A stretch of 64,000 bases of DNA from an uncultured Porticoccaceae bacterium (GCA_965662065.1 CBFIGD010000003.1:60141-124140); one strand, 5' to 3'; positions 1 through 9,532 are shown, counted from the stretch's first letter. A program made the numbers and translations. The notes: generated by a model not told the origin, from the sequence alone.

Positions 1-800
1 ATATTAGCCTCTGGTGCAAACGTGGTAACGACACCAGGTCCGCCCACTCGTCTAAACGTGCTTTCGCCATGGGCGAACTTAACTGAGGTATTCTCAGATG
101 GCTCCCACATGGTAGTGAATCGCCAGATAGTCTCGTCAGTAGATGGCATAGCAGCTGGTGCGCCATTGCTACTAGTGGCAAAGCCGTTATCCATGTAACC
201 ATCATCACTGCGATCCCTAACGGCTAAACGAAAGCCTAGATTATCTGCTACAGAATGATTGATGTGCGCTTCCAGCATCTTGCCTTCGTCTGTCTCAAGC
301 GTTGCAGCCACCTTGCCTGATGTGCCTTCACCCATGGCAGGTTCGGCCGTGGTCACGTTAATCGCGCCAGCCAATGTATTCTTACCGAACAGGATTCCCT
401 GTGGGCCGCGCAGCACTTCAACTTGCTGAAGATCAAACAGTCCGGTTCTAATTTGGCGGCTCTTGCCATAGTGGACGCCATCAACATAAACGCCCACAGA
501 CTGCTCAAATGACTGGTTAGAACCAACGCTAATACCGCGCATGGAGATAATGGTGTTTACCGCATTTTCGGAAATACCCAAGTTAGGTACAAACCCTGAC
601 AGTTCAGAAAAGCTAGTGATACCGGCATCCTGCATGCGCTTACCATCGATGGCAGTCATGGAGATAGGCACGTCCTGCAGACTCTGCGCTCGTTTTTGTG
701 CTGTTACAACGATTTCTTCCAGCTGTGCTGCATAGGCACCGCTAGAGGCAGTAGCTATGGCTAAAGCTAGCGCACTCATGTTGCGAAATGATGTTTTCAT
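1..800 (-). CDS. TonB-dependent outer-membrane receptor, N-terminal part (gene continues beyond window start)
   Basis: Not in the ORF track because it runs off the window. Reverse complement from ATG at 800-798 reads MKTSFRNMSALALAIATASSGAYAAQLEEIVVTAQKRAQSLQDVPISMTAIDG... This gives a signal peptide, a TonB-box-like EEIVVTA and plug-domain sequence. The N-terminus parallels the complete receptor at 9754-12576. Confidence 0.85.
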   Translation of the reverse strand, partial: MKTSFRNMSALALAIATASSGAYAAQLEEIVVTAQKRAQSLQDVPISMTAIDGKRMQDAGITSFSELSGFVPNLGISENAVNTIISMRGISVGSNQSFEQSVGVYVDGVHYGKSRQIRTGLFDLQQVEVLRGPQGILFGKNTLAGAINVTTAEPAMGEGTSGKVAATLETDEGKMLEAHINHSVADNLGFRLAVRDRSDDGYMDNGFATSSNGAPAAMPSTDETIWRFTTMWEPSENTSVKFAHGESTFRRVGGPGVVTTFAPEAN

Positions 801-1600
801 CGTGAATTTCCCCTTAAAAATTTATTATTATTAACAGCTTTGCGCTGTCGTTTTTATTGTTCGCAATATCTTTTAAAAAAATAATTGCTAGTTACTACTG
901 AGTTTTACATCTTTGCTAGCGTATGGCGTCAAAAGCCGAAGGACTAATTGAGCGACGACAATCAGAATCTAGCACAACTTTATTGATAATGCATGCACTC
1001 TGTGTTGGCCTTATTTTTTGTTGATACGCTTTGTCAGCTGATCACGCATACCTCTGGTCAAAGTGACCTCCATTGCCTTTAGCGTTAGACATTTATCTTG
1101 CTGACTCTTGCTTAGACGGGTTTAAAAGGCAATACCTCCTGACTCTGCGATAAAAATAGCAGTGAAAGATTTGGTTATTTTCAACTAATAGTCTGGCTCC
1201 CCCACCCAGTTCTAGTGAGGAAACCACTAGGTATTAGTTTCGTAAGTACAGCCTATGGATTCAGTACCATTAGATGCAACACCTTGTTAACAGGCGGCTT
1301 CTGGCGCCATGGCATCGGTCTGCTGCTGTCATGTACAAAGCGCATTGCTGAGTCATTATTTTTGCCCTGCTTGACGAAACTCCATGGTCGCAAATAGGCA
1401 GAAACAGACTATTTTACTAGTCACCTACGCTTTTTTAGGGGCTGCGAATCGACAACGCATTGATTCGCTCATGTCACTGCAAGATTTTGTGCAGGCCTGC
1501 AATGAACTGTGGGCCGGGGATAGTGATTAAAACAGCTGCATTATGCTTTGCAATAACCTCTGCCCCTGTTAACGTGCTACAGAAAAAAGGGGGATTGGCG

Positions 1601-2914
1601 ATGCCGTCGCAACAGTCAGCAGGTTCACATAATGAGATCGGATTTTGGCGTGGATGGTCAATTGCAGTTGGCTGTGCCATAGGTTCTGGCGTATTTATGA
1701 TGCCAACGCTGCTGGCGCCTTATGGTCTGTTGGGGCTGGCCGGCTGGCTGGTCGCCGGTGCAGGTACTTTGCTTGTGGCGCTTTCGCTTTCGCGACTGGT
1801 GCGCCGCGTCCCAAAACTTGGTGGGCCCTATGCCTATGTGCGAGCTGGTCTGGGTAACTTTGCCGGATTCTTGATTGCCTGGACCTATTGGATTGCCTGC
1901 ATAGCAGCGGTGGCGGGAATAGCAACGGCCTTTGTCGGCTATTTGGGTGTATTTGTACCATTGATTGCTCAGTCAGCGATTGTGTCGCTGCTTATTTCAC
2001 TGGCGCTGGTGTGGACCATAATCGCATTAAATATCCGCAGTGTCGAAGGCAGTGGTCGTTTTCAAGTGGTTACCACGCTGCTTAAAATAGTGCCGTTGCT
2101 AGTGATGATAGTGATGGGCTTTGCCAATATGCAGCCCGAGTTATTACCACCAGTTAATCCCACTGAGCTTCACCCGATAGCCTTGCTGGCTACGGTCACT
2201 ACGCTAGTCATGTGGTCGTTTGTCGGTATCGAGACGGCTACAGTGCCCGCCGACAATATGGCGGAGCCGGATAAAATGATCCCCCGTATTCTGATTGCTT
2301 CGGTATTAACGATATTGACGATTTACTTCCTTGTGAGTCTTTCGATTGCACTGGTGGTTCCCGCTGAAGAACTATTAGATTCCACAGCGCCCTTTACATT
2401 GGCTGCGACAAAAATAATGGGCCCAATTGGTGGAGTGTTTATCACTGTAGGTGCGCTTGTCTCTACCCTGGGCTCACTGAATGCCAACACATTGACTGCG
2501 GGGAATGTGCCCCTGGCGGCAGCTAAGGATCACCTGTTGCCGGTGCGGTTTGCCACGCTGAGCAAGGCGGGCACACCCATTTTTTCATTCATTATTTCTG
2601 GGCTGTTTGTGTCAGTACTTTTAATACTCAATTACACCAAAGGGTTAGTGGCCGCGTTTACCTTTATGGCTATGCTATCGACGCTGTCTACATTGATGGC
2701 GTACGCGTTTTCGGCTGTTGCTGAGTTTTACTTTTTAAAGCGTGATGATGCAGGTGCAGATCGCAATCGCGCTATTGGACTAGCGGTTGCTGCATTCTTA
2801 TACTCATTTTTTGCCATCTGGGGCGCCGGTGCAGAAATTGTATTTTATTCGTTTATGTTGATCCTGATGGGGATGCCTTTTTATGCGCTAGTCAGAGAAG
2901 AGCCGAGCGAATAA
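1601..2914 (+). CDS. APC-superfamily amino acid/polyamine permease
   Basis: About 12 hydrophobic segments and typical APC sequence (GFWRGWSIAVGCAIGSGVFMMP). Start moved from 1460 to ATG 1601, which follows a purine-rich AAAAGGGGGA. The upstream part of the ORF is not membrane-protein-like. Confidence 0.85.
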   Translation: MPSQQSAGSHNEIGFWRGWSIAVGCAIGSGVFMMPTLLAPYGLLGLAGWLVAGAGTLLVALSLSRLVRRVPKLGGPYAYVRAGLGNFAGFLIAWTYWIACIAAVAGIATAFVGYLGVFVPLIAQSAIVSLLISLALVWTIIALNIRSVEGSGRFQVVTTLLKIVPLLVMIVMGFANMQPELLPPVNPTELHPIALLATVTTLVMWSFVGIETATVPADNMAEPDKMIPRILIASVLTILTIYFLVSLSIALVVPAEELLDSTAPFTLAATKIMGPIGGVFITVGALVSTLGSLNANTLTAGNVPLAAAKDHLLPVRFATLSKAGTPIFSFIISGLFVSVLLILNYTKGLVAAFTFMAMLSTLSTLMAYAFSAVAEFYFLKRDDAGADRNRAIGLAVAAFLYSFFAIWGAGAEIVFYSFMLILMGMPFYALVREEPSE

Positions 2915-2958
2915 CAGTCTGTACTAAAAAGAAGAGCGACAAGACACGAGAGAAGTAG

Positions 2959-3819
2959 ATGCTTAAATTTGATGAATATTCCACCATTGTACAAATTGCT
3001 GTGCGCAATGCACAAAATGCCTTTGTCAGTGACGACAAGTTAGCCGCTGAATGGCAGCCACTGCGCTTTCATGCCAAACCAGACATGTCTGGCGCCATTG
3101 CTGAATATGAGAGGTTTTTGGCACTATTGGATTGCGATGAGGTGATTGAGCTACCAGCAGCAGATAGCTTGACCATCGATAGTATTTACACCAGAGACAG
3201 TATTCTGGTGAGCCCCAAGGGCTTGATACTGTGCAACATGGGGCGCGCGACTCGCACACCAGAGGCCACTGAAAACGCGGCGGTCTATACTCGGCTCGGT
3301 CATACAGTTGCCGGGCAAATTACCAGCCCGGGTACCTTGGAAGGCGGGGATTTTATCTGGTTGGATGAACATCATGCCGCAGTTGGGCTGGGGCCGCGTA
3401 CGAATGAAGAGGGCATTCGCCAGCTGCAAGACATTCTCGGCGCTGATGTCGAATTATTTGTAGTCAAGTTACCTGACCCAGATCACCCGGATGATGTGCT
3501 GCATTTAATGTCAATAATCTCACCCATAGATAAAGACTTAGCCGTGATATACAGACCCTTTATGCCTGAGGATTTTATTTTTTGGCTAGAGCAGCTGGGC
3601 ATGGCATTTGTTGATGTTCCCGAAGAGGAGTATCTGCCCATGGGCTGTAATGTATTGGCCATTGCGCCGCGTTCGGCATTGATGTTGGAGAATTTGCCTG
3701 GCGTTAAGGCCCGGTTGGAGGCCGCAGGTTGCGCTGTTGCGACTTATGCAGGCTTGGAAATTAGCCGCAAAGGTGAGGGTGGCCCGACCTGTTTAACTCG
3801 ACCACTGCAGCGCGTTTAA
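2959..3819 (+). CDS. Guanidino-group-modifying enzyme fold protein (DDAH / arginine deiminase / amidinotransferase-like)
   Basis: 286 aa with the motif series GTLEGGDF, GPRTNEEG, VLHLMS and a C-terminal nucleophile motif GGPTCLTRPL. This pattern matches dimethylarginine dimethylaminohydrolase-type enzymes. The gene starts 44 nt after the permease. Confidence 0.75.
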   Translation: MLKFDEYSTIVQIAVRNAQNAFVSDDKLAAEWQPLRFHAKPDMSGAIAEYERFLALLDCDEVIELPAADSLTIDSIYTRDSILVSPKGLILCNMGRATRTPEATENAAVYTRLGHTVAGQITSPGTLEGGDFIWLDEHHAAVGLGPRTNEEGIRQLQDILGADVELFVVKLPDPDHPDDVLHLMSIISPIDKDLAVIYRPFMPEDFIFWLEQLGMAFVDVPEEEYLPMGCNVLAIAPRSALMLENLPGVKARLEAAGCAVATYAGLEISRKGEGGPTCLTRPLQRV

Positions 3820-3850
3820 GTAAGTGACAATAAGATAGTGAGATAACAAT

Positions 3851-5026
3851 ATGACAAGCCATTTGCAAAGCCTGCCAAGTTGGACCTATTCCAGTGACGC
3901 TTTTTTCGAATTAGAAAAAAGAGCGCTATTTTTATCGACCTGGCAGCTCGTGTGTCACCTGTCCAATATCCCCAATAATGGCGACTACTTCACCTTCGAG
4001 CTTTTTAATGAGCGCATTGTGGCTATTCGCGGTGATGATGGCGTGGTGCGTGCCTTTCATAATGTCTGCTCTCATCGCGCGGCAAAATTGCTCGCGGGTG
4101 ATTCTGGTAACTGTGGCAAGCGGGTTACCTGCCCCTATCATGCCTGGGGTTACGATCTGTCCGGGAATCTGGATAGCGTGCCATATCGCGATCAGTTTGC
4201 GGACTTTGATAATGCGACCCATGGCTTAAAAGCGGTTGAGATGGAAATATTCCAGGGCTTTGTCTTTGTCAAAATAGTGCCCGAAGATGGCCCCAGCGTC
4301 GCCGAGCAGTTTGCGCCTTACCTCGAAGAAATTCTGCCTTATCGGCTAGAAGAATTAGAGCCATTGGCTCGGGTGGTGATGCGGCCGCGCAATGTTAACT
4401 GGAAGCAAATTGCCGATAACTATGTGGATGCGCTGCATATTCATGTAGCCCACCCTGGGCTCTCTGCACTGGTTGGCAATAGCTATGGTCTGGCTGTCAG
4501 TGATAAGGGTGGCTTTATTCATAAGATGTGGGGCGATGTGCGTGAGAGCCGGAAAAACACATTATCTAACCGTCTCTACGATCAAATTATGCCCTCTGTA
4601 GAGCATTTGTCTGCCGACAAGCAAAGGCACTGGGTTTACTATCGGCTGTGGCCAAACCTTGCCTTTGATGTGTATCCAGAGCAGATGGATTTTATGCAGT
4701 TTATCCCCATTAGTGCGACCACCACCATGATTCGCGAACTGCCTTATGCGCTGCCTGATGACCGACGTGAAGTGCAGCTAGCTCGCTATCTAAACTGGCG
4801 GATTAATCGTCAGGTAAATGCCGAAGACACAGACCTGATTAGCCTGGTGCAGGAAGGTATGGGCACTAGTGGCTTTACCTCGGGACCGCTGGCAAAAACC
4901 GAAATTTGTCTCATTGATAGTGCCGAAAAGATTCGCGCCAGCCTTCCTGTGGCACGGTTGAGTGAAAAGCCTGCCGAGGAAATGCTGGCTGCGGCGAATG
5001 CCGAGATGCTAGCGGCTCAGCTTTAG
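3851..5026 (+). CDS. Rieske [2Fe-2S] non-heme-iron oxygenase, alpha-subunit type (GbcA/CntA/Stc2-like class)
   Basis: Rieske ligand motifs CSHRAAKLL and CPYHAWGY are 20 residues apart. They are followed by a catalytic domain with NWKQIADNYVDALHIHVAHP (His ligands). Starts 31 nt after the previous gene. Confidence 0.85.
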   Translation: MTSHLQSLPSWTYSSDAFFELEKRALFLSTWQLVCHLSNIPNNGDYFTFELFNERIVAIRGDDGVVRAFHNVCSHRAAKLLAGDSGNCGKRVTCPYHAWGYDLSGNLDSVPYRDQFADFDNATHGLKAVEMEIFQGFVFVKIVPEDGPSVAEQFAPYLEEILPYRLEELEPLARVVMRPRNVNWKQIADNYVDALHIHVAHPGLSALVGNSYGLAVSDKGGFIHKMWGDVRESRKNTLSNRLYDQIMPSVEHLSADKQRHWVYYRLWPNLAFDVYPEQMDFMQFIPISATTTMIRELPYALPDDRREVQLARYLNWRINRQVNAEDTDLISLVQEGMGTSGFTSGPLAKTEICLIDSAEKIRASLPVARLSEKPAEEMLAAANAEMLAAQL

Positions 5027-5406
5027 GTCTTTAAAATCTCGCTGATTCTTTTAAGGCATCCTTCCATGCTAGTGCGAATAAAGCGCTCAAATTCGACTGG
5101 TGTGACTGACGTTTCCCAAATCAGGCGGCAGCCATCGGCATTGGCAATTACTTGTATGCTGGCATGATGGGATTCCAGTGGGGCAGGGGTTTCAAAACAG
5201 GAATATTCCATGGTGCGCTGATCGGCATCGCGGCTTAATATTCTCTCCTTGATATCACCAGCCCCGGGCAGGGACAGCGCCCGAACCTCACCATCAAATG
5301 TACAGCTGTCAGCCCCCGGCACCCAGTCGATACGATCTGGTGCGCCAACAATGGCCCATAGCTGGTCTGCTGAATGATGAAACTGTTGGTCGATTTTTAC
5401 GGGCAT
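5023..5406 (-). CDS. SRPBCC (polyketide cyclase/START-like) small protein
   Basis: 127-aa ORF. Size and pattern (MPVKIDQQFHHSADQLWAIVGAPDRIDWVPG...) fit the SRPBCC ligand-binding fold. Convergent with the Rieske gene; the stop codons overlap. Confidence 0.55.
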   Translation of the reverse strand: MPVKIDQQFHHSADQLWAIVGAPDRIDWVPGADSCTFDGEVRALSLPGAGDIKERILSRDADQRTMEYSCFETPAPLESHHASIQVIANADGCRLIWETSVTPVEFERFIRTSMEGCLKRISEILKT

Positions 5407-5599
5407 GCTGCGGCCTGTGATTTTTATTATTGCGTCGCAGGATGGTACATCAAGTTATGCAGCTGATGGCAAATTGATTTAGCATCCCTGGTACCTTAGC
5501 CTATTAACAGCGGCGGCGTCAGGCGTTCTAAAAGTGTTTTAAGCCCAAGGGATGTGCCTAGAACAACCCCTGGGCTTTAATCGCCAGCAGACTCTTACG

Positions 5600-5860
5600 T
5601 CAAGACGATTTTTTAGCGCACTGAGAAGATGAAACGAGGAAGTGCTTTGCTTTTATCAGCTCTCTTTTGCTCAGTGCGCCGTCAGCATTCTTGTCAGCGG
5701 CTTTGAACTTGCTGTCTCTTGGGTTGCATCCAGACGCCTTAAGTTCTGCTGAAGTTACTGAACCATCCGCATCAAGGTCAAATCTTTCCATTAGCGGATG
5801 CTTGGCAGCAGCAGCGCTCGAAAACAATGCTAGCAGTAAAACAATACCTATATTTTTCAC
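5600..5860 (-). CDS. Secreted small EF-hand calcium-binding protein
   Basis: Signal peptide MKNIGIVLLLALFSSAAAA plus two canonical EF loops, DLDADGSVTSAEL and DKNADGALSKREL. Confidence 0.7.
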   Translation of the reverse strand: MKNIGIVLLLALFSSAAAAKHPLMERFDLDADGSVTSAELKASGCNPRDSKFKAADKNADGALSKRELIKAKHFLVSSSQCAKKSS

Positions 5861-6026
5861 TCGTTAGTACTCCTTAATCTTTTAATAAAAACGTCTACTC
5901 GAATTTGCATGTCTGGCAGATTAGACATGTGTCTTTTATCGGGCTTCGCTTAGCCAGCGAAGACCCATAATCCTCACTGTGGGGGTTATCTGAGTCAGGC
6001 AAGAATTCTCTAAATTGTACAGGCAT

Positions 6027-6050
6027 AAAAAAACCTCTAAGAAGAGGTTT
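6027..6050 (-). terminator. Rho-independent terminator of the tRNA-Val/tRNA-Asp unit
   Basis: On the minus strand: AAACCTCT-TCTT-AGAGGTTT followed by a T run (7 T including stem). It lies 13 nt after the tRNA-Asp CCA end. Confidence 0.65.
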
Positions 6051-6062
6051 GATTATTGATTA

Positions 6063-6139
6063 TGGCGGACCGGACGGGACTCGAACCCGCGACCTCCGGC
6101 GTGACAGGCCGGCATTCTAACCAGCTGAACTACCGGTCC
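6063..6139 (-). tRNA. tRNA-Asp (anticodon GTC)
   Basis: Reverse complement GGACCGGTAGTTCAGCTGGTTAGAATGCCGGCCTGTCACGCCGGAGGTCGCGGGTTCGAGTCCCGTCCGGTCCGCCA folds as a cloverleaf. Anticodon loop is CTGTCAC and CCA is encoded. Near-identical in layout to E. coli tRNA-Asp. Confidence 0.95.
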
Positions 6140-6158
6140 GTGAATCTTTATCTCTCTT

Positions 6159-6234
6159 TGGTGGGTGGTACAGGGATTGAACCTGTGACCCTCGCCTTGT
6201 AAGGGCGATGCTCTACCAGCTGAGCTAACCACCC
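6159..6234 (-). tRNA. tRNA-Val (anticodon TAC)
   Basis: Reverse complement GGGTGGTTAGCTCAGCTGGTAGAGCATCGCCCTTACAAGGCGAGGGTCACAGGTTCAATCCCTGTACCACCCACCA is a 76-nt cloverleaf. Anticodon loop is CTTACAA and CCA is encoded. Confidence 0.95.
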
Positions 6235-6250
6235 CCTGAGAGAGCGACGC

Positions 6251-6278
6251 ATTCTACCGAACTGGGGGTGCCTGTCAA
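6251..6278 (-). promoter_or_regulatory. Sigma70-type promoter for the tRNA-Val/Asp operon
   Basis: Minus strand reads TTGACA-16 nt-TAGAAT, followed by the GC-rich discriminator GCGTCGC and preceded by an A-rich stretch. The -10 element ends 16 nt upstream of the mature tRNA-Val 5' end. Confidence 0.55.
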
Positions 6279-6357
6279 ACGTTTTTTGGTGCTATATACA
6301 TATTGAGATGACAGCCCTAATATACCGGCTAATTTCACTTGTTTTGAACCGAAAATA

Positions 6358-6711
6358 ATGCAGATTTTTAAAGAATTTAGTATCGAAGCCGCGCATTGCT
6401 TGCCAAATGTTCCAAAAGGACACAAATGTGCTCGCCTACACGGGCATTCCTTTTTGGTTTCGATCCATGTCGAGGGGCCTGTAGGCGAAGAATCTGGGTG
6501 GATTATGGACTTTGGAGATATCAAGCGGGCTTTCGCCCCGATTTATGATCAGCTTGACCATCATTACCTGAATGATATCGAAGGTCTGGAAAACCCCACC
6601 AGTGAAAATTTAGCGCTGTGGATTTGGCAGAAACTCAAGCCCCAGCTACCTCTTCTGTGCGCGGTGCAAATAAAAGAAACCTGCACCAGTGGCTGCATCT
6701 ACCGCGGCTAG
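6358..6711 (+). CDS. queD: 6-carboxy-5,6,7,8-tetrahydropterin synthase (queuosine biosynthesis)
   Basis: 117 aa: [26 protein letters not shown]...[24 protein letters not shown]. This carries the QueD/PTPS His/Cys zinc and catalytic motifs at typical length. Confidence 0.9.
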   Translation: MQIFKEFSIEAAHCLPNVPKGHKCARLHGHSFLVSIHVEGPVGEESGWIMDFGDIKRAFAPIYDQLDHHYLNDIEGLENPTSENLALWIWQKLKPQLPLLCAVQIKETCTSGCIYRG

Positions 6712-7985
6712 CGCTCTATCGCTGGCGCTTGAGTCACTGTAAGGCCTTCCCAAATGAGCATCAGCACCATCAAACAGATCGGAATCAGGCAGCCGAGTAA
6801 CATGTGCTGCCAAGCGATAAGGTTGATTGCCCAGCCCGCTGATAATGCGGCGGCGGCCTGAAACGAAAATATCGTAAAGTCGTTGATTGCCTGCGCCTTA
6901 AAGCGGTCATCATGTTTGTGGGTGCTTGGCAGCAGCGATGTGCCAGCGACAAATAGGAAATTCCAGCCCACCCCAAGGAGCACTAGCTGCAGCCAAAAAC
7001 CACTGACGCTGGTGTCAGAAAAGCCAATCAGGATTGTGGCGCAGAAGCAGATCAAGCCGAGCACCATCATGCCCCTTATCTTAAAGTGCTTAAATAAAAC
7101 TGGGGCAATAAATGATGGCAGGAACATCGCTGCAATATGGCTTTGAATGACCCATTTGGTATCCATCAGCGAATGCCCATGAAAATGATGCATGCTAATG
7201 GGCGTGCCGGTCATGATAAACGACATAATCACATAGGCTGAAATACCGCTGGCAAGCACTAGACAGAATGAGGGGTTGCGCAACAGTGTCGCAGTAGATG
7301 TCGAGGCTTTTCTGGTACTAGCGGCGGTTATTTGGGGCGGCTTGAACAGGCCCAAAATAGTCGCTGCTACCGAGATGCAGACTGCAGCCAGCAGGAACGA
7401 GCCCTGGTAGCTTACGGCGGTCAGCTGACTACCCATTACTGCGAGTTCCGGGCCAACAAAGGCGGCAATAATACCGCCAGCCATCACCATGGAGGCCGCG
7501 GTAGCGCTATGTTCAATCGCTACAGACTCCATAGCAATAAAGCGTGTTTGCAACAGTGCTGTATTGGTCGTGCCAAGTAGTACCGAAGTGAGGCAAAACA
7601 AGGTGAAACTGTGTAGCTGCAGTGAAACCATGGCCAGCCCACAGCTTCCTATACCTAGGCCCATAAACATCCACAGGGCTTTTTTGCGCCCCAGAGCTTG
7701 CATACTGTGAGAGACCGGGATCACTGCGAGTGCAGTGCCGAGAATCATCAGTGCAATCGGCGTGGTAGCCCATGCTGCGGAGGGCGCCAGTTCAGTACCC
7801 ACCAAACTGCCCACAAGTACCATTAGTGGGATGACCGATCCAGCCAGAGCGGAACTTAAGCTTAGTATCCAAACATTAGTAAAGTCGGCAGTGAAGGCTA
7901 TTTTCATGGATACCATCGTCGTACAGTGAGTTGACGATAAGCCTAGCGCAAATAAGCGCACAGCGCCCAGGTAAAATAAAGGCAT
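6708..7985 (-). CDS. MFS transporter
   Basis: About 12 predicted hydrophobic helices across 400+ aa. The start is uncertain: Met codons at 7985, 7916 and 7907 are all possible. Confidence 0.8.
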   Translation of the reverse strand: MPLFYLGAVRLFALGLSSTHCTTMVSMKIAFTADFTNVWILSLSSALAGSVIPLMVLVGSLVGTELAPSAAWATTPIALMILGTALAVIPVSHSMQALGRKKALWMFMGLGIGSCGLAMVSLQLHSFTLFCLTSVLLGTTNTALLQTRFIAMESVAIEHSATAASMVMAGGIIAAFVGPELAVMGSQLTAVSYQGSFLLAAVCISVAATILGLFKPPQITAASTRKASTSTATLLRNPSFCLVLASGISAYVIMSFIMTGTPISMHHFHGHSLMDTKWVIQSHIAAMFLPSFIAPVLFKHFKIRGMMVLGLICFCATILIGFSDTSVSGFWLQLVLLGVGWNFLFVAGTSLLPSTHKHDDRFKAQAINDFTIFSFQAAAALSAGWAINLIAWQHMLLGCLIPICLMVLMLIWEGLTVTQAPAIER

Positions 7986-8088
7986 TGAAAAAATGGTTAA
8001 ACCTACTCTGGTAGGCTACTTTATAAGTAGCCTACTGACAGTTTTTTGGCTGCGGTATTCGCTATTTATCCAAGGAGAGGGACTCTTT

Positions 8089-8448
8089 ATGAACGGAACC
8101 AATCAGCCTGCGGTATCAGAGACCGTGATCAAATTAGTGATAGAAAATCCAATGGTCAAGGTCGATAGGGTAGACGCGTCTATGTCCCTGGCGGAGCTAA
8201 ATGTTGACTCGCTTGAGAAGCTATCCATAGCAATGGATTTAGAAAACGCATTTGGTTTACAGATCACAGATCAGCAAGTTGAAGACGTTAGCACCGTTGC
8301 TGACATTATTGGCCTTGTGGACCAGATGCTCGTTGATAGAGCCGCGCAGGCTCTGACAGGTGAGTCTGACGAAGATATAAACCCAGACGGCCTGGATAGA
8401 GTTAATCAAGACGACCGCCCTGGTCACGACGCTCAGCCGAGTCTCTAA
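8089..8448 (+). CDS. Stand-alone acyl/peptidyl carrier protein-like protein with acidic C-terminal tail
   Basis: Carrier-protein core LAELNVDSLEKLSIAMDLENAFG, where the DSL serine is the phosphopantetheine attachment site. Start moved to ATG 8089, which is preceded by AAGGAGAGG. The last ~40 aa are acidic and low-complexity. Confidence 0.7.
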   Translation: MNGTNQPAVSETVIKLVIENPMVKVDRVDASMSLAELNVDSLEKLSIAMDLENAFGLQITDQQVEDVSTVADIIGLVDQMLVDRAAQALTGESDEDINPDGLDRVNQDDRPGHDAQPSL

Positions 8449-8563
8449 ATAGATCAACTATATCGGCACCGGCCAAGCTACAGGTGCCTAGCTGTACCAA
8501 ACTGCTGTATACTGCCGCTGCTGACTATCAGCGAGTTATTCACTTCAAACGCGGCGCACTTCC

Positions 8564-9397
8564 ATGGTAGAGATCGGCAGATTCAACAAACTCCAAGTTG
8601 TTAAAGAGGTAGATTTTGGTGTCTATCTTGATGGTGATGAGCTGGATACCATACTACTACCCAAGCGTTATGTTCCCGAGGGCTGTGAGATCGGCAACTG
8701 GGTTGATGTATTTCTGTATTTTGATTCCGATGATCTACTTATTGCGACGACAGAGAAACCTAAGGCCGAGGTAGGCGGCTGCGCAATGCTCACTGTGGTG
8801 GATATTAACCACGCAGGTGCATTTATGGACTGGGGACTACCCAAAGATTTGCTAGTGCCTTATAACGAGCAGCAAAAGCCAATGGAAGTGGGCTATTCTT
8901 ATGTGGTGCATGTATTTCATGATAAAAATTCCGATCGCATAGCTGCATCTACTAAGCTCAACCATCATCTTGATGAGGAACCGGTCCATTTTGATGTGCG
9001 TGAGAAGGTCAATCTTCTGATCGCTGGTCGTACGGATCTAGGCTATAAAGCCGTGATTAACGATCAATCTCTGGGACTTATTTTCCGCACAGATGCCTTT
9101 AGGCCACTCAAAATTGGCGAGCGCCTACCAGGATTTATTAAATCAATTCGTGCCGATGGCAAGATTGATTTATTGATATCTCAGAGCTCATTACAGGGCG
9201 ATCACGACTTGGGCGAGCAAATCATCCAGCATTTGCAAGACGCCGGTGGTGAATCTGTATTGACAGATAAGGCCAGCCCAGACGAGATCTACCGCACTTT
9301 TAAAGTATCGAAAAAGAAGTATAAGCAAGCATTGGGCTCCCTCTATAGAAGCAAGCGCATCTTGCTGAGCGCAGAAAAAATTCAGCTTATCAATTGA
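8564..9397 (+). CDS. S1-like RNA-binding domain protein, YitL/CvfB family
   Basis: 277 aa with repeated S1-like modules (GRFNKLQVVKEVDFGVYLDG..., GAFMDWGLPKDLLVPYNEQ) and a C-terminal winged-helix-like end. The pattern is typical of the CvfB/YitL family. Confidence 0.7.
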   Translation: MVEIGRFNKLQVVKEVDFGVYLDGDELDTILLPKRYVPEGCEIGNWVDVFLYFDSDDLLIATTEKPKAEVGGCAMLTVVDINHAGAFMDWGLPKDLLVPYNEQQKPMEVGYSYVVHVFHDKNSDRIAASTKLNHHLDEEPVHFDVREKVNLLIAGRTDLGYKAVINDQSLGLIFRTDAFRPLKIGERLPGFIKSIRADGKIDLLISQSSLQGDHDLGEQIIQHLQDAGGESVLTDKASPDEIYRTFKVSKKKYKQALGSLYRSKRILLSAEKIQLIN

Positions 9398-9532
9398 TCT
9401 TTCCCGACCGCGATAATGTGTCGACGATCTAATTAGTCTAACTCAAATCACGATAAGAGAGCATTTAGCAAAACCTGCTCCGCATGCCAGTTTAGCCATC
9501 ATGGTTTACCTGTGTTATGGTGAACCCGTATT

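Noticed and set aside
983-1003. Fur-box-like GATAATG half-site upstream of the partial TonB-dependent receptor.
   Set aside because: Only 7 of 19 positions match the GATAATGATAATCATTATC consensus, and there is no second half-site.
1215-1397. 60-aa ORF in the long intergenic region upstream of the APC permease.
   Set aside because: It has a GTG start without a ribosome-binding site and a Cys/Gly/Leu-rich sequence with no features. It is barely above the track length cut-off.
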